Positions 41,721-49,866 of a stretch of DNA of 64,000 nt are shown piece after piece. Within the stretch, counting starts at the first letter, position 1, and the number at the start of each line of letters is the position of its first letter. The stretch lies in the NCBI GenBank assembly GCA_041657405.1, contig JBBABX010000001.1, forward strand, positions 12,152-76,151, written 5' to 3'. The notes under the pieces were generated by a model. The model did no database searches. It saw only the letters and a program-made list of their open reading frames with translations, and was not told the origin of the DNA. The translations under genes were made by a program, and so were the position numbers. The stretch comes from Minisyncoccota bacterium (lineage in GTDB: Bacteria > Patescibacteriota > Minisyncoccia > Phycocordibacterales > XYD1-FULL-46-19).

Positions 41721-42218
41721 CTATTTTACTTCAACTTTACCACCAGCTTCTTCAATCGCTTTCTTGATGTCATCAGCTTCGTCTTTCTTAGCGCCATCTT
41801 TCAAGACAGAAGGAGCAGCATCAACCAAATCTTTGGCTTCTTTCAAACCAAGACCTAATTTTTCTTTTACTGCTTTAATAACTTGAACTTTTTGGTCGCC
41901 AGCAGCTGTCAAGGTAACGGTAAAACTGTCTTTAGCTTCAGCCGCTTCGCCGCCAGCGGTTGCGCCACCGACCGCCATTACTGCTTGAGCCGATACTCCA
42001 AATTTTTCCTCCAAAAGTTTGACTAATTCATGAAGCTCTAAAACAGTCATTGATTCAACTTGTTCCACCAAGGCTTTGAATTTGTCTGGGATGACAACTT
42101 CGGTTTTGGTTTCTTCTTGTTTTACTTCTTTTTTAGATTCTTCAACCGGAGCTTCCGGCACTTTGATTTCTTTTTGCGACTCAACTTCAACAGTCGCGTC
42201 TTTCTTTTCTTCGTCCAT
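41721..42218 (-). CDS. rplL: 50S ribosomal protein L7/L12 with a ~35 aa acidic N-terminal extension.
   Basis: [17 protein letters not shown]...[21 protein letters not shown]...EAGGKVEVK, immediately downstream of rplJ. Confidence 0.85.
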   Translation of the reverse strand: MDEEKKDATVEVESQKEIKVPEAPVEESKKEVKQEETKTEVVIPDKFKALVEQVESMTVLELHELVKLLEEKFGVSAQAVMAVGGATAGGEAAEAKDSFTVTLTAAGDQKVQVIKAVKEKLGLGLKEAKDLVDAAPSVLKDGAKKDEADDIKKAIEEAGGKVEVK

Positions 42219-42252
42219 AATATTTTGAATTAAATTTTATAATTTTAATTTA

Positions 42253-42759
42253 TTAAGCTGTTTCCTTTTTTTGAGCAATCTGGTCAAGCGCCATCACCAA
42301 ACCTTGGATTGGCGAATTGATAAGATTCACAAATTGCGCGTACAAGGTCTCTCGATTTGGAATTTTAGCCATTTGTATTACAAAATCTGCATCTACAAAT
42401 GAACCGTTATAAATACCTCCAACAATTTTTATGACTTCAGCATTTTTTTTCTGAAAATCATAAATCTCTTTAATAGGCAAAAGAGTATCTCCTTCTTCGT
42501 TAGTAAGATAAGACAATGCAATTTCACCTTCTAACTCTGGCATCTCGCCATCAAAGTTAGCCTCGCCCAGAGTGCGCTTGATCAAGGTCTTCTTGGCGAC
42601 ATAATAGCCAACTTCTTTAAGACGTAAATTTTTCCGCAAATCATTAACCCCTTCAACCGACAGGCCGTGGAAATTAACAAAAACAATCGTCTTGCCTTTG
42701 TCGGCGATGAATTTAAGTTTCTCAACAATAGCAGATTTTTTTTCTTTAGTTATTGCCAT
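42253..42759 (-). CDS. rplJ: 50S ribosomal protein L10.
   Basis: A 168 aa protein matching L10 (AITKEKKSAIVEKL...TIVFVNFHGLSVEG), with gene order rplJ-rplL. Confidence 0.85.
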   Translation of the reverse strand: MAITKEKKSAIVEKLKFIADKGKTIVFVNFHGLSVEGVNDLRKNLRLKEVGYYVAKKTLIKRTLGEANFDGEMPELEGEIALSYLTNEEGDTLLPIKEIYDFQKKNAEVIKIVGGIYNGSFVDADFVIQMAKIPNRETLYAQFVNLINSPIQGLVMALDQIAQKKETA

Positions 42760-43099
42760 ATAATAAATAAACTTTAGCGAACAAAGCTAGTTTTCCATTG
42801 TTTGTAAATGACCAAACAATGGAAAAATTTTAGTCATTTTTTTCTTTCTCTTGGTTCACCCTTGACTCTTGAGAGAAACAAAATTATTGAAAATTATGAA
42901 GACTTCATTTCTTTAATTCTCAATAAAAAAAACGGCTAAAAACCGCTTGGATCGACACGTCGCCCGAGTATTCTCGGCGACCCTCGGTAGGATTTAATCT
43001 TGCGATACCTACTGTCTACGGTTGATTTTATTATTAACTATTTTAAATCGAAAGTCAACAAAAAAATATTGAGAAAACATTGAGATTGATCGTTAAAAT
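42760..43099 (-). promoter_or_regulatory. Long (~340 nt) structured untranslated leader upstream of rplJ. Candidate L10 autoregulatory leader.
   Basis: A GC-rich hairpin (gtcgcccgagta/ttctcggcgac) sits in otherwise AT-rich non-coding sequence directly 5' of rplJ. Confidence 0.3.
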
Positions 43100-43258
43100 T
43101 CTATTCTGCCTCACCAGTACCTGCAAAATTTGTCTCACTAGATGGTTCTTTTAAATTACCAATGGAACCAAAGTAAAACAATAGGCCGACCGCCATCGCC
43201 AAAATCGCCAAGAATCCCGTCAACATCCGCCAAAAATTACAATTTAAATACTTAAACA
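43100..43258 (-). CDS. Small single-TM membrane protein (52 aa), not in the ORF track.
   Basis: MFKYLNCNFWRMLTGFLAILAMAVGLLFYFGSIGNLKEPSSETNFAGTGEAE. Its start abuts the stop of the upstream PKD gene. Confidence 0.25.
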
Positions 43259-44611
43259 TCAAAAAATTTTCTTAACTGCTTTTAAAATTTTTGTTATCAT
43301 CCCCGCCTTTTTCTCTATAATTATTATATCAGAAGTAGTGGAATTTGAAGATATACCATCAGTCTCCGACTCAAGATCTTGTTCATTGCCAGAATTTAAT
43401 TGGGACAAATCAGCCGAACCAACAGCCGCCAGAGTCAAGGCTTGTTCTTTCTTGATTTGTATCAACATATTTTGCGCTTCGGCCAACTTTTGCCGCAACT
43501 CTATGACTTTAGCAGTTGTAGAAGCGAATAAGACTAATTGGTCTTGATTAGCTATTTTTGTTCCAGCCCCAGCAACAGTAAAATCATCCGGGCAATTAAG
43601 ACTCCAGGATCCGGTCTTAGTCTCTTTTGGCAACGATATTTTTAGTTCACCCCCAGCGCTGACTATTGTGTCTTTGACGAAAGTAATTATCGTAGAACTA
43701 CCATTTTTTATATTCCAATCATTAATATTTTCTTCCCATTCACCCAAATTTTTAATAGACAAATAATTTTTATCAGGAAATACCTCTAAGACAAAATTTG
43801 GTTCAGTCACCGTCACGACAGTCCGCGAAACTGCTTCTTCCAAGCCTGAGGTGTAATTTAAAACTACATTATACTGCCCAGGAAAATCGTATTGATGACT
43901 GACCTTAACTCCCCGTTTAGATGTCCCGTCGCCAAACGACCACTCAAAAGTTCCAGAGAGTGGTTTTTGGGATTCTACCTTAAATTCAACTGGCGTTCGA
44001 GTATTTGCCAATCGAGCTCGTCCAGCGCTTATTTCAATATCATCAGGATCATAACTACTTATTTCTACTTGACCAGAATGCGCTGATAAGTTTGAGTCGT
44101 TACCTAAATCGAAATCAGAATTATTGTCATCATCAGCGTCATTGTCATCATTTCCAAGATTAGATAAGGCAGAAGCCGACGAATTAATAACAATCTTTGC
44201 AGTAATAAATTCCTCTACTGAAAAACCCTCTCCATCTTTCATTGTTACTTTTACCCTATAAATTCCATTTGGAGCATTTTCATCTTTGCTGTTTTTACCA
44301 TTCCATTCTTTTTCTGCTGTTAAAGAAAAAGTGCTACTGGAAAAATATTTAAAAGCTGAGGTTCTGTTGCAAATACTATCATCTTCTTTACAAATAGAAA
44401 TAGTTGTAAATTTTACTTCCCTATCAGCGGTAACCCTAATCAACAATCTCGAATCATCACCAGTAAGCGGATTGAAGGTTATATCATCTGTTTGTTCATG
44501 CAATTGAAAACTTTCAATTTTAGGACCATCTGCCCAAGTAACTAATGGAAAAAATAAAAGAATAAAAACAAAGGTAATAAAAACCTTCCGTTTTAAAAAC
44601 ATTAAAAACAT
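43259..44611 (-). CDS. Secreted or surface protein with a PKD domain.
   Basis: An N-terminal signal/TM and the PKD signature FEWSFGDGTSKRGVKVSHQYDFPGQYNVVLNYTSG. Confidence 0.55.
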   Translation of the reverse strand: MFLMFLKRKVFITFVFILLFFPLVTWADGPKIESFQLHEQTDDITFNPLTGDDSRLLIRVTADREVKFTTISICKEDDSICNRTSAFKYFSSSTFSLTAEKEWNGKNSKDENAPNGIYRVKVTMKDGEGFSVEEFITAKIVINSSASALSNLGNDDNDADDDNNSDFDLGNDSNLSAHSGQVEISSYDPDDIEISAGRARLANTRTPVEFKVESQKPLSGTFEWSFGDGTSKRGVKVSHQYDFPGQYNVVLNYTSGLEEAVSRTVVTVTEPNFVLEVFPDKNYLSIKNLGEWEENINDWNIKNGSSTIITFVKDTIVSAGGELKISLPKETKTGSWSLNCPDDFTVAGAGTKIANQDQLVLFASTTAKVIELRQKLAEAQNMLIQIKKEQALTLAAVGSADLSQLNSGNEQDLESETDGISSNSTTSDIIIIEKKAGMITKILKAVKKIF

Positions 44612-44632
44612 GTTAAAAAATTAAGTTTGTAA

Positions 44633-47158
44633 TTACATCGGCGCTACTCTTAAAATACTGTTCTCCATCAATGGTGTCCCAGCAACCAATTCATTATTAC
44701 GATCACGACCATTTTGCCGCCAGCCAGTATTAACCACTTCCCAGCTTGATTGCAAGTTGCCATCTCGATCCCAACGTCGCTCAATTGAACAGTCGAGACC
44801 ATAATAATCTGGATTAAACAAGATCGTTTGATCCCAAACCATTTCAATTTCATCCTCTTTTTTAACTAATCTCAACTGCAAATTATCATCTGGCAAGCCC
44901 TCCATTTCTGAATTTTCCACAAAGTTGGCTACAAGATTGGCTGGCAAATCAGAAATAACCTCATCGTCTATTCTTTCAATCAAATAAAAATCCTGACCGC
45001 TAATAGTCCCCGACAATTCAATCAACGGCTTATTGTCAGAACCAACAAGCCAAAAATTATCCAAAGACAACTCAAACGGCAAAGAATTATAAAGCTCCAA
45101 CCATTCATCAGCAGAAGAAGCGGCCGTGCCAGTCCAGCCGATTTCATTAATAACCAGAGACCGAACACTAAACCAGATTTCAAATGGTTCGGACTGTATC
45201 TCTTCGCCATTATTATCGCGTGCAGATAAAACCAGCCTCCAACCAATCGGCCCGTCAGACAAGTCTGTTTCATAAATTATTGAACTGTTGGTCGTATCGG
45301 CCATCAAAATTTCCAGGTCCTCTCCCCAATCTCCCCAAAACTCATAAGTGTTAAAAAGTTTATATGAGTATTCCCCCGGCTTAGAGATTGTCCACGAAAT
45401 GTGGATTTTTTCTGTTGGGTCAATCGAACAATGATCCGATAGACGACTCTTGGCGCACTCTTCAACTGATAGACTAATAGTTGGCGGTAAAGAATCTATA
45501 AAAATTTCAATGGCAACAGCTTCTGAAATGTGATCTCCAATATCGCGCGCAAAAAAATTAAGAGTCGTTGTGCCTTGTGGTAAATCATTTATTACAAGCT
45601 CCCATTCCCCACTTTCTTGGTCGCTAAGAATTATATTATCATGATCAAAATCACAAAAAACAAAGTTCCCTGGAGTGCTTGAACCAGAAAAAATTATAGT
45701 CGTAGTAGAAAACGGAACAGAAAAATCTAGGGGCGAAAGAATAACTGGACTCTCAATCATTATTTTTTCAACAACTTCAGGTATTAAATTTTCATCTGCC
45801 GCCAGAGAAACACTTTCAACAGATGAAATATGGTGATGAACGTGTTGACTAATTTCCGCTAATTCAATTGAAGATTCTATGTTTTGGTTATTTTCAGTTT
45901 CCAACTTGGCGCGAAAATCATCTAATTGTTGTTGAAGAGCTAAGACTTCTGTCATTAATTGATCAATTTGCGCCTGACTTATAGTCGATTCAGTAATTGG
46001 AATATTGTCTAAAATTGGCGATATTTCCTCCTTTTGAGAAGAAGCAATGTTAGCTTCAATATTAGAATTATTATCTAAATCATGATTATTAGAAGATAGG
46101 CTTAGAGACCAAAGAGTGCCCAAAGCTGAAAGAGCATTATTCGCGCCAATTGATAAGCGATCTATAAAACGCTTGATATAACTTTTATTTAAATCAAATA
46201 GACGATGAGATTTTCTTTCCACAGCTACTTCTTTAAAAAATAATTCAATGACTCCCGCACTCCCAAGAACCGCTTTTTCAGAAAGGTGTTGCCAATAGTC
46301 AGAAACGACAAGGTTGTCAATGTCGTCTAACTGATAGGTTTTTTCAATTTGGCCAGAGAACAAATTTCTTTTGCTATCAATTCTCGTCAAAGCCTGAGTT
46401 AACATACCAAGGCCAAAATTATAACTTATTCCATTTCGTAACCTAAAATATTTTTCTTCTTTTATTGTTGGTTTATTAAAATACTCATCCAAAATAGTAT
46501 CATCGCTAAAAAAATTTCCGTTAGAAAAAACCGCCAAACTATCAAAGTATTCACCCAAGGTATCCAACCTAACTGGTTTTTGGCCGGTAAAGGTCAGATC
46601 GTCTGCAAAACGAAAACTACCAACCGTAAAACGTTCAGCATAATTTTCATAAGTTTTTTTGAAGGCGTGAGCATCGTCACGCGTATGGTCCGGCACAGTC
46701 GCGTCTTGGACCAAGTGCAAGACATGCCCCAAAGAAAGCAAGGCTCTTTCTTTATCACCCCAGGCATACTCATAAACCGCCCGTGGCCAAGAAAAATCAT
46801 TCGGGTCAGAAAAATAACTTCTCACCAAACCGTTGCCCGGCCGAGAGGCTTGAGCATCCGGACTCTCGGCCCAAACTTTTGACGACCGCCCGCCCTTAAA
46901 GCCACGGTTATGGACCGGATCATAAAAGTGATTAAGCCAGCGCGGTGCAGCATCCTCATCTTCACTGCCTTGAATAATTAAATCCTTTTCAAAATCAAGA
47001 AAACTTTGACTCGGATTATAGAACTCAAATAATTTTATCGCTTCTTGGGTAACAGCCCGGTGAGTAGTGCTATCATCATAAGCAAAAACCGGCACAGCCC
47101 TGAATAATCCAAGGTTAGCCAGAAACAAGCCTAGAATTACAAGCTTTCTATTAGCCAT
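44633..47158 (-). CDS. Large secreted protein with an N-terminal zinc-dependent phospholipase C-like domain, a coiled-coil middle and a C-terminal lamin-tail domain (LTD).
   Basis: A signal peptide. NHFYDPVHN and LSLGHVLHLVQDATVPDHT correspond to Bacillus cereus PC-PLC SHFYDPD and LGLSLHYLGDVNQPMHAAN. The C-terminus VINEIGWTGTAASSADEWLELYN is the LTD signature. Confidence 0.5.
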   Translation of the reverse strand: MANRKLVILGLFLANLGLFRAVPVFAYDDSTTHRAVTQEAIKLFEFYNPSQSFLDFEKDLIIQGSEDEDAAPRWLNHFYDPVHNRGFKGGRSSKVWAESPDAQASRPGNGLVRSYFSDPNDFSWPRAVYEYAWGDKERALLSLGHVLHLVQDATVPDHTRDDAHAFKKTYENYAERFTVGSFRFADDLTFTGQKPVRLDTLGEYFDSLAVFSNGNFFSDDTILDEYFNKPTIKEEKYFRLRNGISYNFGLGMLTQALTRIDSKRNLFSGQIEKTYQLDDIDNLVVSDYWQHLSEKAVLGSAGVIELFFKEVAVERKSHRLFDLNKSYIKRFIDRLSIGANNALSALGTLWSLSLSSNNHDLDNNSNIEANIASSQKEEISPILDNIPITESTISQAQIDQLMTEVLALQQQLDDFRAKLETENNQNIESSIELAEISQHVHHHISSVESVSLAADENLIPEVVEKIMIESPVILSPLDFSVPFSTTTIIFSGSSTPGNFVFCDFDHDNIILSDQESGEWELVINDLPQGTTTLNFFARDIGDHISEAVAIEIFIDSLPPTISLSVEECAKSRLSDHCSIDPTEKIHISWTISKPGEYSYKLFNTYEFWGDWGEDLEILMADTTNSSIIYETDLSDGPIGWRLVLSARDNNGEEIQSEPFEIWFSVRSLVINEIGWTGTAASSADEWLELYNSLPFELSLDNFWLVGSDNKPLIELSGTISGQDFYLIERIDDEVISDLPANLVANFVENSEMEGLPDDNLQLRLVKKEDEIEMVWDQTILFNPDYYGLDCSIERRWDRDGNLQSSWEVVNTGWRQNGRDRNNELVAGTPLMENSILRVAPM

Positions 47159-47611
47159 TTCTGTGAGTTCGGGTTTTTAATTAAAGAATACGAAAATAAA
47201 ACCTGATTATTATCCAAAACAACAAACTCAAATCTATCATCTCCGACCAAGGTCCCGGTTTCAACTTTTTTTAAATCACTCAGAAGCAAGCCAACTCCTC
47301 CACTTTTAAAACCAGCCTTAAACCCCCCCCCCACCCCCCCCCCTCTTCTCCGGCACAAAATAACTGGCCGCCAAGCCGGCATCACCAGCTTCCAGCGCTG
47401 CCACAAACAAATCCAAGGTTTCTTCCGGTGTCTCCCCGCCGTTAGTATCCGTCCGATAAGTTTCTTCTATCGCCTCAAATTCCGCCAAATGCTTGCGATT
47501 CAGATATTCATACCAATAAAACGAAAGGGTCTGTGGACCCCAAATCACACCCCAAATTATCAACGCGACCAAAACAACCAGGCCACCAATAAGCCAAATT
47601 TTCTTTTTCAT
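47137..47611 (-). pseudogene. Small membrane-anchored protein gene split into two overlapping frames by a homopolymeric G10-T-G9 tract. Either a frameshift or a phase-variable switch.
   Basis: The 47318..47611 frame ends ...EKRGGGGGGV*, and the 47137..47406 frame continues GGGFKAGFKSGGVGLLLSDLKK... A 1 nt length change in the tract would fuse them. Confidence 0.4.
47324..47343. repeat. Homopolymeric tract C9-A-C10 on the plus strand (poly-G on the coding strand).
   Basis: Read directly from the sequence; it lies inside the split gene. Confidence 0.7.
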
Positions 47612-47691
47612 ATTTTTAAATTTATGAATTCAAATTATTTATAATGTTACCACTTAAAAATCTTCATGAAACCCTCTCTTCCCCCAAACCT

Positions 47692-47750
47692 GTGGATAAC
47701 TAGCCAATCTAGGAGAGGGTAACCCTCTCCTAGATTGGCTAGTTATCCAC
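47692..47750. repeat. 28 bp-stem extended palindrome containing the REP core (gtggataactagccaatctaggagagggtaaccctctcctagattggctagttatccac) at the 3' end of the Y1 transposase.
   Basis: A perfect inverted repeat around GAGAGGG-TAA-CCCTCTC that overlaps the transposase stop codon. Confidence 0.55.
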
Positions 47751-48428
47751 TCTTTCTTTTTCTAACTCTTCTCTCCTCTTTTTATAGTCCATAACTAACA
47801 AATCAATATCTGATTCTTCAAAATCAGGGAATTCTTTTCTATCCAACAAGTTTGATTCTGGTCTTTCCCCAACAAAAAAATCATAATAGCTGGAAAAAGA
47901 ATGGGCATCCAAACTCTTTTTTATTTCGTCAATATTAGAATTCTCTTCACTTTCCCACTCGGGAAACCTTACTTTTACAGGGTTTAGATGGATGTAAGAA
48001 ATTAGATATTGATAGTAACTTTCGGAATCAATATGTTGAGCTTTAAAAGTACCTTCAAATAATCTACCCCTTCTTTTATATTTTAAATTAAAAAACATAG
48101 AGTGGCTCGTTTGTATTTTATTTAAAAACTTTGATATGCCACCTTCTTCAACTTCCTTAAGTAGCAAGTGAAAGTGGTTTGGCATCAGACAATAAGCACC
48201 AATATTAACAAGTGGATCACCTTTTCTTTTTGTTAAAAAGATATTTTTACCTCTATTTTCTTTAAAAATCTTTTCCATAGTAATTGGTTCCTTGTTGTTT
48301 AAAGCATAAAGAATCTTTACAAATCTAGAATGGTCATTTTTATCCTTAAAAATAACACGTTTTTCAACACCACGATTATAAATGTGGTAATATTCATCCA
48401 TTGCAAATTTAAATTTCCTTTCCACCAT
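47739..48428 (-). mobile_element. tnpA: IS200/IS605-family Y1 (HuH) transposase (REP-associated tyrosine transposase-like) with an acidic C-terminal extension.
   Basis: YHIYNRGVEKRVIF...CLMPNHFHLLL (HuH motif)...YQYLISYIHLNPVK (catalytic Tyr region). It is flanked on both sides by palindromes carrying the same core. Confidence 0.7.
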
Positions 48429-48456
48429 TATATTATAATATTATATACCAAATCGG

Positions 48457-48517
48457 AAGAGAGGGTTACCCTCCAAGGAGGAAAAGAGGAGAGGGTAACC
48501 CTCTCCTCTTTTCCTCC
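48457..48517. repeat. REP-like palindromes at the 5' flank of the transposase (gaagagagggttaccctcc, plus an extended 19 bp-stem palindrome ggaggaaaagaggagagggtaaccctctcctcttttcctcc).
   Basis: The same GAGAGGGT(A/T)ACCCTCTC core as at 22381..22437 and 47692..47750. Confidence 0.55.
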
Positions 48518-48607
48518 TTAAGAAAACTCCCAAGCATTGTGTAAAAGCTGCCATAGGGCGGACCTGGTCGAAGTTAGGAAGGCAGGGAAAACAATATATG
48601 CGCCTCT

Positions 48608-49528
48608 CTAGTACTCAATTCTATCCACAAGAAGACCTTGATTGTCGTAAAGAGCTAAATAACCGTTGCTTTTTCTAAAGATGTTGCTTGAATAACCTAA
48701 ATAAACGCGCCAGGTGTCACCCAAGAAGTACTCTTGATTTTTTCGTTTATTGAAGCAGTTTTCGTAACCAAAAATTTCTTTTACCAATCGTCGACAAGAA
48801 GAAGGTATTTCACAATAATTGTTTACACAATCACCGTCAATCTTGGGTTCAACACAACGCGGCAAGCGACGAACTAAATAATAGCACTCGTCTCTAATCT
48901 CATCCCGATCCACAAATTCTAATTCCGAAGGACAACGAACGCTTAGTTTAGGCTTAAAATTCAAACCAGACAAATTCTCTAAATAGCCCATACAAACATT
49001 TTCTTTGAAACTGGACTCTAGGGGGAGTTTCCGCCCTGCAGGATTATCACCCACTGAGATAATTGCTGAGTCGCCAGGATAAAGAACTAACGGCACTCTA
49101 GTATTGCCAGTTGTTTGGTAAGGATTATAATATTCAATCGCCCCAACTGGCAGAACAATTTTTTTATTATTTTTCTTACTAGAAGAAGTGCTGCCACTTT
49201 GAACAGTCCAACCACCAATATAGACTGGGCCAGCTTTCCAACTACGATTAGTAATATAAAAATATTGATCATCTGGATAACTAGCCGAACGAATGTTCCC
49301 CAATTTTATTTTGATATTTTTACTATAAGGACTGACGTTTTCTATTTCTCCAGATACCTTTTTTTCGTCATCTTGATTTTGAGTGTTACCCATTGACAAT
49401 AACCCTCTTTCGCCAACTAAGACATTAGGGATTGAACCAGCTTCTTTTCTAACAATTCCGCCAGACAACCACAGGGCAAACATTATCACAATAACCATCA
49501 AAAACCATAGACCATCTGATTTAGGCAT
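48608..49528 (-). CDS. Secreted protein with a lamin-tail-like (LTD) beta domain and a Cys-rich C-terminal half.
   Basis: An N-terminal TM/signal. IGGWTVQSGS...IVLPVGAIEY...LYPGDSAIISVGDNP resembles LTD, and the protein ends LALYDNQGLLVDRIEY. There are 12 Cys in the C-terminal 150 aa. Confidence 0.35.
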   Translation of the reverse strand: MPKSDGLWFLMVIVIMFALWLSGGIVRKEAGSIPNVLVGERGLLSMGNTQNQDDEKKVSGEIENVSPYSKNIKIKLGNIRSASYPDDQYFYITNRSWKAGPVYIGGWTVQSGSTSSSKKNNKKIVLPVGAIEYYNPYQTTGNTRVPLVLYPGDSAIISVGDNPAGRKLPLESSFKENVCMGYLENLSGLNFKPKLSVRCPSELEFVDRDEIRDECYYLVRRLPRCVEPKIDGDCVNNYCEIPSSCRRLVKEIFGYENCFNKRKNQEYFLGDTWRVYLGYSSNIFRKSNGYLALYDNQGLLVDRIEY

Positions 49529-49817
49529 AATATTTAAATTATAAAATATCCAAACAAGTCTGACAACAAATAACCCGACTATAATTTAACTTTTGAAATA
49601 AGAACAATCTCTCCCAAGCCACTTTTTCATAAAATACTACACTTATTAATCTCACGAACTTTAAAAAAGTATCCCCAAAAAACTTCCCTCTTGATATTAA
49701 ATTTTCCCGAAGCCATTTTTGCTTGTCTTTTTTATTCTTTGTCTCATTTTTGTTTATTTTCGGCAACATAAGCAAGTTGAAATAAAATAGGCTTGGTCCA
49801 ACTTGCAACATCGGGAA

Positions 49818-49849
49818 ATAAAAAAACCACCCGAAAGGGTGGTTTTTTT
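49818..49849. terminator. Bidirectional rho-independent terminator (A9-ccaccc-gaaa-gggtgg-T7) downstream of 49867..51825.
   Basis: A perfect 6 bp GC stem with a GAAA tetraloop, flanked by A and T runs. Confidence 0.6.
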
Positions 49850-49866
49850 ATTTCAACTAACTAAGA

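Noticed and set aside
43100-43258. The small TM protein upstream of the L10 leader as SecE, implying loss of nusG, rplK and rplA.
   Set aside because: It abuts the PKD gene stop, so it is co-transcribed with the PKD gene and not with rplJ. It has no SecE signature beyond being a single-TM peptide, so it cannot be called SecE.
49539-49811. The 90 aa ORF at 49539..49811 and other short antisense ORFs (for example 1968..2162, 5363..5551, 9270..9488, 12853..13219 and 50244..50734).
   Set aside because: They lie antisense to, or within, strongly supported longer CDSs or intergenic terminator regions, and have no start-signal or motif support.
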